A stretch of 59,167 nt of DNA, filler included. It is 6 parts of 6 records of this genome, joined end to end, with 100 filler letters (N's around TTAATTAATTAA, not from the genome) between each part and the next. Parts side by side here need not be neighbours in the genome. Positions count along the whole stretch, not along the records: positions 33,484 to 42,340 come from DRR723986_14401; positions 42,441 to 59,167 come from DRR723986_14406; 4 more parts are not named here. One strand, 5' to 3'. Numbering within the stretch: the stretch's first letter is position 1; every line of letters starts with the position of its first letter. A program made the position numbers and the translations under genes. Below, piece after piece: positions 40,700 through 50,109 of the stretch. The notes below the pieces were generated by a model that was not told the DNA's origin, made no database searches, and saw nothing but the letters and a program-made list of their open reading frames with translations.

Positions 40700-41853
40700 G
40701 CTCACCGCCTGACCATAGCTGCCATCCCCAGGACCCGCCGACGCCGGCCTGCCACAAGAAAGAGAAGGACGCGGCCGCGCCTTGCCACAGTGAGCCTGGT
40801 GCCGCTTGTCATACCACGGAGTCCGCTGACGCCTGCTGTGACACGCCGGCGCGCACCGACTGGCTGCTGTGGGGCAGTGGGATTATTGTTGCGCTGTCCT
40901 GGACCTGGGCCTTGCTCACCGGCGCCCATCAGCACGATTCCATTCCCGGCGTCTTCACCGGGGGCATCTTCGAATTGTTCAACCGTATGTGGTGGGGGCT
41001 TGCCCTCGGGGTGCTGTTCGTCGGCATGCTGTCCCGTATTCCCCGCGACCTGGTGATGGGGGTGCTCGGGCGCAGGGCCGGTATCGGCGGGCTGCTGCGG
41101 GCAACGCTTGCCGGTGTGTTTCTCGATCTTTGCAGTCACGGCATTCTGGCTGTGGGCATGAAACTCTATGAGCGTGGCGCCAGCGCCGGGCAGGTCATGG
41201 CTTTCCTGCTCGCCAGCCCCTGGAATTCCCTGTCCCTGACCCTCATTCTGTTCGGCCTGATTGGTGTTGGCTGGACCTTGCTGTTCATTCTCCTGTCCCT
41301 GGTCATCGGCGTCATCACCGGCCTGGTGTTCGATCGGCTGGTGGCGAGCGAACGCCTGCCCGATAACCCCTGGCGCGCGACGCTGGGCGAGGAACGGCCC
41401 CTGGGCGAACTCTGGACGGAATTTCGGGCGTCGATCAAGCTGTCTGCACGCGGGGGGCTTGGCCTGCTGCGCGACGGGGTCGCCGGATCCCGCGTGGTGC
41501 TCCGTTGGGCGCTGTTTGGCCTGGTGCTGGCCGCGCTGATTCGCGCGCTGGTGCCGGCGGAGGCCTTCGCCACCTGGTTTGGCGCCTCCATGCTGGGACT
41601 CTGGCTGACCCTGCTGGCGGCCACGGTGATCGAGGTGTGCTCCGAGGGAGCCACCCCGATTGCGGCGGACCTGATGAACCGCGCCGCAGCGCCGGGCAAC
41701 AGCTTCACCTTCCTCATGGCGGGTGTCGCCACGGACTACACCGAGCTGATGTCGATCAAGGACACCACCCGCTCCTGGCGGATCGCCCTGTGCCTGCCCC
41801 TGGTGGCGGTTCCGCAGGTGATGGTCATCGGCTTCCTGCTGAATCAGGTGTGA
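40696..41853 (+). CDS. Predicted permease (DUF318/ArsP-like) with Cys/His-rich N-terminus
   Basis: DLCSHGIL, AFLLASPW, EVCSEG and FLMAGVATD motifs; ATGA overlap with cueR. Confidence 0.8.
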   Translation: MSSPPDHSCHPQDPPTPACHKKEKDAAAPCHSEPGAACHTTESADACCDTPARTDWLLWGSGIIVALSWTWALLTGAHQHDSIPGVFTGGIFELFNRMWWGLALGVLFVGMLSRIPRDLVMGVLGRRAGIGGLLRATLAGVFLDLCSHGILAVGMKLYERGASAGQVMAFLLASPWNSLSLTLILFGLIGVGWTLLFILLSLVIGVITGLVFDRLVASERLPDNPWRATLGEERPLGELWTEFRASIKLSARGGLGLLRDGVAGSRVVLRWALFGLVLAALIRALVPAEAFATWFGASMLGLWLTLLAATVIEVCSEGATPIAADLMNRAAAPGNSFTFLMAGVATDYTELMSIKDTTRSWRIALCLPLVAVPQVMVIGFLLNQV

Positions 41854-41928
41854 CCGGCAATGTTTCGCATTCCCTGGCGCCGGCGGCTGCGCTAAAATGC
41901 GCGCCTTTTGACAGGAACATCGTCCATC

Positions 41929-42340
41929 ATGTTGGAAATCAACCCGCTGCTGCAGGCCATCAAGGATATCGAGGCGCGCACCGACGTGCTTAGGGGGTAT
42001 CTTTGACTTCGCCAATCGCAAGGATCGCCTCGCCGAGGTAGAACTGGAACTGGCCGAGCCCAGCGTCTGGGAGGAGCCCGAGCGCGCCCAGGAGCTGGGT
42101 CGTGAGCGCGCGTCGCTGGAAAATATTGTCCACACGATTGAGAGCCTCACCAGCGGCTCAGCCGATATCCACGACCTGCTGGAAATGGCGGCCGCCGAGG
42201 ATGATGAGGATAGCGTCGAGGAACTGCGGCAGGAACTGGAAGGCCTGACCCGCCAGCTTGAGCAGCTGGAATTCCGGCGCATGTTCAATGGCGAGATGGA
42301 CGCCAACAATGCCTACCTGGATATCCAGGCCGGCTCCGGC
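41929..42340 (+). CDS. prfB: Peptide chain release factor 2 with programmed +1 frameshift, partial
   Basis: MLEINPLL...LRGYL, then CTT TGA C at 42001-42007 preceded by internal SD AGGGGG; continues in +1 frame to ...YLDIQAGSG. Confidence 0.96.
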
Positions 42341-42440
42341 NNNNNNNNNNNNNNNNNNNNNNNNNNNNNNNNNNNNNNNNNNNNTTAATTAATTAANNNN
42401 NNNNNNNNNNNNNNNNNNNNNNNNNNNNNNNNNNNNNNNN
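42341..42440. other. Artificial contig linker
   Basis: N-run + TTAATTAATTAA. Confidence 0.99.
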
Positions 42441-42804
42441 AGCCTTGCAGCACTATTTCAATCGTCACACGCGCCTGCGCAAGGATTCGCGATTTCGGCG
42501 CGTTCGCACGTTTGTACACATGTTGGTTGTCATGCAGCGCTCAGAATTCGCGGCAGATCGGACGAAGGAACGAGTCGCCGAGGAATTGGAATACCTGTGC
42601 GAGTTCGGGCCTACCTCTGGTAATGAGGCGATAGCAGACCAAATCCAAAGCGTCCAGGTTGAAGAAATTGTACCCTATCATTTGATATGGGAAAACATCG
42701 AACTGGAACTACAGAAAATTGACGACGCACGTCTGATCGTGCGCACGCTCAAGCCAAGCCGGACCAATAATTCTCGGCGCGGAATAAAGGTTTCGGGGCA
42801 GTAA
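42441..42804 (+). CDS. Hypothetical protein, C-terminal fragment
   Basis: Open frame from the contig start; protein-like helical composition with an EIVPYHLIWE motif. Confidence 0.55.
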
Positions 42805-43284
42805 TGCGAAAGAGACTTTCGCTCTGTCCAACAAACAGTGGGAACATGAAGATAGCTCGTTTCTTTGTGGTACTCAATGCAGTCTGATGAGAAATATCAG
42901 GCACACCGCACGGGCTCCGTGCTGCTTTTTGAACGTAATTGGTGTTAGTCCAATAATCACAGAGAGACAATTTCTGCAGCGAGTGTAGCCACCAGGGTAG
43001 GTAGAAGTTACTGGTAAATAATGCACACTATTTACAACGATCCTCCTTAGGATGGTAGGGATAGTGCATGTCAAAACTTCACGTAAGCAACCTGGAATTG
43101 GCATTAGATGGGGCTCTCTACCCACTGGTGAGATATAGCAAAACGTAACGGTCAACAATGGCTGTGTTGACTGATACAAGTGGTGCAGGCCGCACTGGAC
43201 GTGCTGGTTTGGCAGCGGCCGCACTGCGTTTTTTTTTAACAGGTGGTAATTTGTTTAACCACGTGGTTTTGAGTAGAACAATAT

Positions 43285-43668
43285 ATGAATCACGCCGAGA
43301 GCAGGTTATTTGCCTTGATAGACAAGCTCGAAAAGCTGCAGGCCTCAATTGATACGTCGAACTTATCTATTGACGACGTCAGCGCAATTTGCGAAGTCAT
43401 TGACGGTGTGTTCGCCTACCTGGAAGCCGGTTTATTGTTTGCCGATGAGTTAAACAATACCGAAGAATTGCAAGAGTTCCTGCAGCAGTTCTCGCACGCA
43501 AGCAGAATATTCAATGCAGTTAAACATTTGCATGAACGATTCGTGCAATTTGCACGTAAACGAATGCAAGATCTTGATGTTAACATATCAAGGCAGGGCC
43601 AACTGGACCAGGCTATTTCGGAACTGGAGCGGCTAAACCTTGTTTGCGGTACAACTCAGGAGCAGTAG
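43285..43668 (+). CDS. Hypothetical helical protein
   Basis: 127-aa ORF with amphipathic-helix composition. Confidence 0.6.
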   Translation: MNHAESRLFALIDKLEKLQASIDTSNLSIDDVSAICEVIDGVFAYLEAGLLFADELNNTEELQEFLQQFSHASRIFNAVKHLHERFVQFARKRMQDLDVNISRQGQLDQAISELERLNLVCGTTQEQ

Positions 43669-44163
43669 AGACCTAACAGCGAGTACAAAGCTGTTTGGGC
43701 ATAGAGTTAAACAGTATTGCAGAACAACAATAGTATTCCGAAAGATTGTCAGCCGGTGGCTCTTCGCTCGGGCTGCACCCTTGCAGGGTCTGCGCTTTCT
43801 CCAAAGATCGCGCCGACCAGGAGTAGCGCAGCCCCTGCATTTTATTGATTCCAGGGAACACCGCCGGTGTGAGTGCGTACTGGCTGCCGTTAACCTGGTT
43901 GACCCAGCAAGTGCGATTGTACTGTTGAAGGTTATACGTTGGAAGCGGAGCTTCATCTAGTACGTCGCATTGCTGGAGTTAACTACAAGAGCATGCTTGT
44001 GCATGTTTTCTTTTCGGTCGTTTTTCACAATCGGCAAATCCTTCTCCAGCCGGGGGTGTGTTACACTCCCCGGCCAGGAGAACTTTTGCCGGAACGCGCT
44101 TGGTGCTTCGCTTTGGATGGCAGGCACGTTCACTAAACATCTCTATCATAACAGAAGAACATC

Positions 44164-44577
44164 ATGTCGAAATTCGAGATAAAAGACCCTGAGTTGCGCA
44201 GGCTATTGCATGGTCAAATAGACCAAATGCGACTATTGGACGAAGACAGCTACGCAAGTGCCAGAACTATTCACCGCTATATTACAGATCGTAGGGAAGC
44301 AGGGATGTACTTGCCGGCTGGAGCGCGGCCCTATTTTGATTGTTTCGGCCGCTTTCTGAACGACTCTGTCAAGGCGTATGCGCCGAAGCATCCGGCATAC
44401 ATTGATAGTACTGTCCTGCTCATAGCGAGTTTTCAGCGTCACCCTGATCTAGCAGATTCGGAGCGTGCCAGGGTAATCTATGCCTGCGGCAATCTCTTCG
44501 AAATGAACCGTATCCTGATTGACATTGCCAATGCAATGCACCACAAAGACGACACATTATACATGATGGATATCTAA
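44164..44577 (+). CDS. Hypothetical protein (paralog of 44581..45180)
   Basis: ERARVIYACGNLFEM matches ERVTAIYAAGNLLYM in the next gene. Confidence 0.7.
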   Translation: MSKFEIKDPELRRLLHGQIDQMRLLDEDSYASARTIHRYITDRREAGMYLPAGARPYFDCFGRFLNDSVKAYAPKHPAYIDSTVLLIASFQRHPDLADSERARVIYACGNLFEMNRILIDIANAMHHKDDTLYMMDI

Positions 44578-44580
44578 TAT

Positions 44581-45180
44581 ATGAGTACACATCCGTCCGG
44601 CCGCTGGAGCTGTCCGCACTGCGGCAATGTCAAGTTTTTGTTAAACGACATTGCCGCGTCCGGAAAACAAAAACACCACTGCACACGCTGTGAAACATTT
44701 GCCAAAATGGCCCACGAAGACCTATCAATTCGGTCAGTGTTATCGCGCATGCAAAACACACCAGCAATCCGCGCGGAAAAGCTCCTGCACCCTGAGATTC
44801 GCGCGATTGTGCGCACCAAATTCCGCGATGACTTAACCCCAATTGCCGTGCCGACGGCTTACGCGCAGATGTTGTTCAACTTTATTGCCTTCAATGATGC
44901 AGAGCGTTACATGCGCGTACTGCCGCCACAGTCCTGGCGAATGATCGAACTCTGGAAACCATTCTTTAGCTATATCACGCGTTATGGTCTGGTTGACGAT
45001 AGCCGCTGGTTTAACGAATTGATTTCGCTTGAGCTGATGAAGGTATTTGCCGATGACGGGCTCGATCCGCAAGAGCGTGTCACAGCTATCTATGCGGCGG
45101 GGAATCTGCTATACATGATTCAGTTGCTGGAAGATTTTGCGGATTATCCTTTTCGGAATATGGCCGGAGGAAAACAGTGA
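44581..45180 (+). CDS. Hypothetical protein with N-terminal zinc ribbon
   Basis: CPHC-x16-CTRC; paralogous C-terminal helical domain; coupled to the downstream methyltransferase gene. Confidence 0.7.
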   Translation: MSTHPSGRWSCPHCGNVKFLLNDIAASGKQKHHCTRCETFAKMAHEDLSIRSVLSRMQNTPAIRAEKLLHPEIRAIVRTKFRDDLTPIAVPTAYAQMLFNFIAFNDAERYMRVLPPQSWRMIELWKPFFSYITRYGLVDDSRWFNELISLELMKVFADDGLDPQERVTAIYAAGNLLYMIQLLEDFADYPFRNMAGGKQ

Positions 45181-45881
45181 GCATACAAGCAGATAGCAGC
45201 AGACGTAACATGTTGGACTTTCAAACTGAAACAGCCGGCCACCTGCATGCAACCCTAAACGGCATAGTCAGCTGCGAAATGGGACACAAAGAACTGTTTG
45301 ACATATTCTTGCAATTGATGATTCGCCGCTGTGCAGGCCAGGAACCTAAACACATGCCAAGAGGGCAGGGTACAATTTCCTCTCTTGATAGTGCCACTAT
45401 GGATAGTTTGTGTGACGCCGCCGTGTTCTGCACACGTGGTATACTCCGAGAGGAGGTAGACGTTCTGGGTGACTACTACGAGCAAGCTGGGTTTGGCTGT
45501 AAGAGCAGGGGACAAACGCTGACACCGCAGGCGCTGGCGGACGCTGTGGCTCGTCAGACAATAGGCCCGATGCGCGCGCAGGCAACACTTAACATTTGTG
45601 ATCCCTGTTGCGGGTCAGGGCGTTTCCTTTTGGCTGCGGGACGTTACGCTCCAAATGCAACCTTGTATGGTGTGGATATTGATCGTAGTATGGCACGCAT
45701 GAGCGCGATTAACGTCACCCTGTTCGGTTTGCGCGGACTTGTGGTCTGCGCAGACGTCTTTGACTTCGCACCCGGCAGTTTGGACCAGACCAACTATGTG
45801 TGTGCCTATGAAATAGGCAAAGATGTAGCAGGCACGCTACGGGTGATTACGCCAGGCGTTAAAACAATAACATCCGAATGA
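45177..45881 (+). CDS. N6-adenine DNA methyltransferase-like protein, SAM-binding half
   Basis: GQTLTPQALAD (motif X), ICDPCCGSGRFLL (motif I), LYGVDID (motif II); no NPPY/F motif. Confidence 0.8.
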   Translation: MSIQADSSRRNMLDFQTETAGHLHATLNGIVSCEMGHKELFDIFLQLMIRRCAGQEPKHMPRGQGTISSLDSATMDSLCDAAVFCTRGILREEVDVLGDYYEQAGFGCKSRGQTLTPQALADAVARQTIGPMRAQATLNICDPCCGSGRFLLAAGRYAPNATLYGVDIDRSMARMSAINVTLFGLRGLVVCADVFDFAPGSLDQTNYVCAYEIGKDVAGTLRVITPGVKTITSE

Positions 45882-47383
45882 TGAATGCTGCGATACCACA
45901 AACTGGAAATACCGAGGTAGCGATTCCGCAGATGCAGGTACTCGTTACAAACCTGCCATTTATCCGCTCCGGTGTTAGAGCGATCCCAACGAAACACAGT
46001 GCGACACTGCCCAGATATTCGCTGGCGGGTAATGCCGATAGTTCGGCGTATATCCTTGTCAATCTTACAAATCTGTTGGTAGCCGGTGCGCGTACTGGTG
46101 TGATTGGCCCGTACTCCTGGCTGTGCGCCGGGTATGCCATGGGATTGCAGTCACAGCTTTTGGAGCACTACCGAATTGAAGCTGTACAAACATCGTGGAT
46201 CGAAAAATGGTTTACTGCAGGCAATGGCGCTGAGGTTCGCGCTGTGATTCTCATTTTGCAGAAGAAATCAATAACTTCCGCTGTTAACAAGCCGTGCCGG
46301 TTTGCAATGTTGCTTATACCGCTGCTAAATTCTAAGCAGTGTGTTGCCAATCCGCGCGTCTTAAGCAGCGCTATGGCGCGTCAGCGCTACGTCTCGCAGT
46401 CTGAGCTGAGTAGTGTGGCAAGAGGAGCCACAGCGCCAGGCGTCTGGAATCGCTATCTGCGCGCACCGAACGTCTACTTTGACATTCTGAGTTCATGCGG
46501 GGACAGCTTAACAGCACTCAAGAACGTCGCAACGGTTAACACTGGTGTTAAGTCGGGCATTAACGCGTTTTTTTATGTGCGACTTGTGCCTGCGAACCAC
46601 AGCCCTTACCGCAATAACAAGGTGCTGATTGAAACGCAAAACAAGCGGCGTTTTTACATAGAGTCGGAGTTTCTGAAGCCGCTGGTACGCAGCCCGCGCG
46701 AGTTAAATACGATTACCGCACCTAATGCGGACGCACAGCCATATCGCGCATTTGTTTGTAGCGTGAGCCGCGAAACCTTGTACAGGCGCAGGTGTGCCGG
46801 AGCTTTGGAGTACATCGAGTGGGGCACGGCGCAGGTTTCCAAATCGGGCGTTCCCTGGCCACTGGTGCCGTCGGTGCGCGGGCGACGTAGTTGGTGGAAC
46901 CTGCCTGCGCAGCCAGAAAGTGATGTCTTACTTCCGATGAGCACAGGTAATCGTTTTGCCGTCTTTGAATCACCGCCAGGTGCTGTGATTGACCACAACC
47001 TGTTTACCTGCACACTTTACGATCCGGCACACAAGAGCGCAATGTTATGGTATATGAACTCTACACTGTTTGCGCTATTCCGCGAAGTGCATGCCCGCGT
47101 GGGGCTGGGTGGTGGAGCGGCGAAACTGGAACTATTGGATTGGCAGTATGTGCCGGTGCCGCGCGAGCTACCGGCACTACCGATCAGGAATCCGGCATGG
47201 TTTGATTTGGGCGTAGAGTCTATTGGCGTTGAGATGTCCAGGGATGCACGCCAGGAGCTTGATGAGGTGGTCTTGGGTGCACTGGGACTGGATTCCAGTG
47301 AGTGTCTGGGGCAGATGCGAGTGGCGCTGCGTCGCCTGATAACTGAGCGGACGAAATGCACGGGAAATCTCAGGGCTATGTAA
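45878..47383 (+). CDS. Type IIG/Eco57I-like methyltransferase catalytic and target-recognition half
   Basis: N-terminal VLVTNLPFIR (motif IV variant); SWLCAGYA, GVKSGINAFFY, IESEFLKPLVRSPRE, ALEYIEWG, MNSTLFAL..E...R..LGGG motifs; ATGA overlap with the previous gene. Confidence 0.7.
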   Translation: MMNAAIPQTGNTEVAIPQMQVLVTNLPFIRSGVRAIPTKHSATLPRYSLAGNADSSAYILVNLTNLLVAGARTGVIGPYSWLCAGYAMGLQSQLLEHYRIEAVQTSWIEKWFTAGNGAEVRAVILILQKKSITSAVNKPCRFAMLLIPLLNSKQCVANPRVLSSAMARQRYVSQSELSSVARGATAPGVWNRYLRAPNVYFDILSSCGDSLTALKNVATVNTGVKSGINAFFYVRLVPANHSPYRNNKVLIETQNKRRFYIESEFLKPLVRSPRELNTITAPNADAQPYRAFVCSVSRETLYRRRCAGALEYIEWGTAQVSKSGVPWPLVPSVRGRRSWWNLPAQPESDVLLPMSTGNRFAVFESPPGAVIDHNLFTCTLYDPAHKSAMLWYMNSTLFALFREVHARVGLGGGAAKLELLDWQYVPVPRELPALPIRNPAWFDLGVESIGVEMSRDARQELDEVVLGALGLDSSECLGQMRVALRRLITERTKCTGNLRAM

Positions 47384-47551
47384 TGTAATTATTGAACGTA
47401 AAAATCATTGAGGTTCACCGGCGGCTTATCCTGGCACACGGAGACAAACAAGAAGCTCAAAAAAGCCTGAGACCAAGCGGAGCGACGGGCTCAAAGCGAT
47501 CTGATATAGACAAGGCAAACTGTTTAACTGGGGGAGCACCGGCTGGAACTG

Positions 47552-47755
47552 TTAACTGTGAACTGTTGACGACAAAACGCGCCGCCCGGCCATGATGACC
47601 GCGTAAGGACGGCTTCCAGTAGTGCATCTGCAAGCGCTCCCTGCGTTAAGATATCTGTCCAGAATCAGCTCGCGAATGCGGGAAGGTGATAAGCCGCAAT
47701 CCTTCGCCAGTTCCGGAACGCTGATCTCGCTGCGCTGCTTCAACTTCTGCTCCAT
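47552..47755 (-). CDS. Possible small HTH (excisionase-like) protein overlapping the integrase 3' end
   Basis: ISVPELAKDCGLSPSRIRELI resembles an HTH; about 110-nt overlap lowers confidence. Confidence 0.4.
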   Translation of the reverse strand: MEQKLKQRSEISVPELAKDCGLSPSRIRELILDRYLNAGSACRCTTGSRPYAVIMAGRRVLSSTVHS

Positions 47756-48680
47756 AGGTCACTCGTGCCAGCGGTTGCCATATATCCGGTGCATTGAGGT
47801 ATGCTGCTGTCGTACCTCTCATGCTATGTCCGATTACGCGATTCGCAACGTTTTCACCGTAGATTTCTTGTACCTTTTGAGCGATGCGGTGACGCATGGC
47901 GTGGGGATTCATTCCGCGTTCGCCCGGCGATAGTTTAATTTGGTCCAACCAGTGCTGCAGGCTGCGTGCCGTCAGCGGCGCGCCGTTCGGCTTCTGGAAC
48001 AGGTTGCTCTCAGGTCTTGCCCGCACCAGCAAAAACTGCATAACCACGTCGCGGCTACGTGCATCCAGTGGGCACCACGTTTCTTCTGTTCGCGGCGTTA
48101 CCTGTTTGGCAACATCGTACAAGACGCGGAGTGCGGGGTGCCACCGCCCCCGGTACTCTTTGACCAGCAAGGTGACGTCCTTGCGTTTAAGCGCCAGGGC
48201 TTCGCATTTGCGCATGCCCGTCATTGCCAGGATGCGCAGGAGAACCATCTGCTGCAGACGCTGCTCCGGCTCTCCCATCCCGTGCCATGCGACGACGCGT
48301 GCATGCTGCTCGTCAGACATGGCGACAGCCTTGTTGTTGCCGCGCGGCTGATGTTTCTTTAGAGTGCGAAACACTTTCTCTGTCACGACTCCGGCGTCAC
48401 GCAACTGCGCGCCAATGCTATTGATCCAGAACCGTACCGTTGAGGCTTCAGCGAACTGGGCACGCCAAGAAATCCAGCACAAAAATTCCGCTTCAATGCT
48501 GCCGCCTTCATAGTACTCAGCGAACTGCCGAAACGACGTGGCGATATGGCCGGCATAGCTGTCAGAAACCTGCGCTATGGCCATCAGCTCTGCTATGCGT
48601 GTCCGGCAGGCTTTCAGCTTGGTGCCGTGTTTATACAGCCCCAGGTCAATGTCGCGTAATTGATCAATACTCATTCGCAC
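47646..48680 (-). CDS. Tyrosine recombinase/integrase
   Basis: TGMRKCEALAL (R), HAMRH (HxxR), IGHS...TTAAY (H, Y) catalytic residues. Confidence 0.88.
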   Translation of the reverse strand: MRMSIDQLRDIDLGLYKHGTKLKACRTRIAELMAIAQVSDSYAGHIATSFRQFAEYYEGGSIEAEFLCWISWRAQFAEASTVRFWINSIGAQLRDAGVVTEKVFRTLKKHQPRGNNKAVAMSDEQHARVVAWHGMGEPEQRLQQMVLLRILAMTGMRKCEALALKRKDVTLLVKEYRGRWHPALRVLYDVAKQVTPRTEETWCPLDARSRDVVMQFLLVRARPESNLFQKPNGAPLTARSLQHWLDQIKLSPGERGMNPHAMRHRIAQKVQEIYGENVANRVIGHSMRGTTAAYLNAPDIWQPLARVTYGAEVEAAQRDQRSGTGEGLRLITFPHSRADSGQIS

Positions 48681-48701
48681 TTCCGGTTAACAGTGAAGAA
48701 T

Positions 48702-48715
48702 TGTTTAATTAAACA
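48702..48715. promoter_or_regulatory. 14-bp palindrome TGTTTAATTAAACA, putative operator, copy 1
   Basis: Perfect palindrome just upstream of the integrase; identical copy at 50110-50123. Confidence 0.5.
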
Positions 48716-48858
48716 CCTGCCCGCCGAACAACGATAAAGGCTATTCGGCGGGCACAGTTTTACACTTCCTGCTTCAGATATTCCGGCACGCGCGGGCATA
48801 CGTTTTTACCCGTAATGCGTCACACTCGCCGCTTACGCACGCGGGAAGGGTGATAGCA

Positions 48859-49221
48859 TCATTTTTTGGGAATCATGTTCAATGCCGACTCGCAGAGTGC
48901 CTGCGGATACAGGCGGGTTAGAACGCGGGCCAAGCCGCCAATAACACGGTCTGCAGTCCCTGGGATATCTTGTACACTATTACCCAACGTATAACGGCAC
49001 AGCGCAACGAACAGGCAGTCCCTGCGGTCACAGCTATAATCATAGTGGATAATGAAGTCTCGTAAATCGAGCACGATCAAGCCTGCCGGAACAGTAAAGA
49101 GCGTGCCGGCGGGGCATACATTATCATCGATGTACGTTAAGACATCATCCCGCAGAGCCGAAAGCTCATTGTGGCCAACCATGACCTGCAAGTCCCACCG
49201 GCGTAGTTCGTTTGTTGTCAT
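48859..49221 (-). CDS. Hypothetical protein
   Basis: 120-aa ORF with an SD-like GGAG upstream, co-oriented with the array. Confidence 0.6.
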   Translation of the reverse strand: MTTNELRRWDLQVMVGHNELSALRDDVLTYIDDNVCPAGTLFTVPAGLIVLDLRDFIIHYDYSCDRRDCLFVALCRYTLGNSVQDIPGTADRVIGGLARVLTRLYPQALCESALNMIPKK

Positions 49222-49336
49222 GTATCAGCGTCTCCCTATGGTAATAATATTCAAGCTGGGTACTGTTTGTTTTAACGAGTGCATGCTTACGTTTACGGGG
49301 CCGAATACCACTGCCCAGGGGCCGGAGCTTGCCGCA

Positions 49337-50080
49337 TTACGTGCCGAGCAGGCTGTTAACCCGCTGCTCGGCATATCGCGTCATTGCTTCTACCATGTCA
49401 TTCTGCCAGTCCGGCGTAAACATTCCCTCAGGACGCTCGGCGATGGTGTGAAGCTCAAGGAATTGATCTTCACATACAGTTAACAGAACATACTTGTACA
49501 CAGGCCGATCCCAACGTCCCGCATATGCCAGGCATGCCAGATAGAAACAATGTTCATCGTACTGGTCAGAATCGGAGTTAAGTTGTTCTCCAACAAAATG
49601 ACTAACTCCAACCCCACCCAAAACCCGGTCCCTAACTCGCAGAACATTAATTATCAGTACGCCAGGGTACTGCTTGCGCAGACTTAAGCGCGCAGGCTTG
49701 TGAATGATATCCTGCCTGCTTTCCTCATGGACTATTTCAATGTCGGTTGACATAGCGAGTATAAAACGAACGGTGCCACTCAAATTCTCTATCCATTGGC
49801 TCCCGCACGATTCTTCGGTTCCGAAATCAACGTCTTCGGTCCAGTCATGCAGCGTCACACGGTTTTCTACAACTGAGAAGAACCGGTAAACCGAGATTGA
49901 TTCAGTGAGAGATACACACATGATGTATAGCCCTCCATCTTGCATGTCCTCACCACCTGGGTCAAGGTCTCGGCCAACAAAGTAGTCTTTATCATGTTTC
50001 GTTTCATCGACGCCTGTAACATGGCGTACCCACGTGATTGTTCCGGTTTCGAGGCCGGTGTCCAGTTGCGACGTGTTCAT
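49337..50080 (-). CDS. Hypothetical protein with two copies of an unknown domain
   Basis: Both halves align by eye with 50225..50644. Confidence 0.7.
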   Translation of the reverse strand: MNTSQLDTGLETGTITWVRHVTGVDETKHDKDYFVGRDLDPGGEDMQDGGLYIMCVSLTESISVYRFFSVVENRVTLHDWTEDVDFGTEESCGSQWIENLSGTVRFILAMSTDIEIVHEESRQDIIHKPARLSLRKQYPGVLIINVLRVRDRVLGGVGVSHFVGEQLNSDSDQYDEHCFYLACLAYAGRWDRPVYKYVLLTVCEDQFLELHTIAERPEGMFTPDWQNDMVEAMTRYAEQRVNSLLGT

Positions 50081-50109
50081 TGTATCTCTTCCAAGTGTTA
50101 ATGGGTTGT

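Noticed and set aside
34458-42309. Long minus-strand ORFs (537, 458, 369, 359 and 535 aa)
   Set aside because: Antisense shadows of well-supported high-GC housekeeping genes
24070-42340. Functional link between the T6SS and neighbouring xerD or fab genes
   Set aside because: They lie on different contigs and are adjacent only by concatenation
42884-42900. CTGATGA...GAAA resembling a hammerhead ribozyme core
   Set aside because: GAAA follows immediately with no stem II; the sequence forms a simple hairpin
43021-43069. Long hairpin as a retron msd
   Set aside because: No reverse transcriptase is visible on the contig
43633-44182. Several short overlapping ORFs on both strands
   Set aside because: No motifs, weak starts and mutual overlap; cannot support any of them
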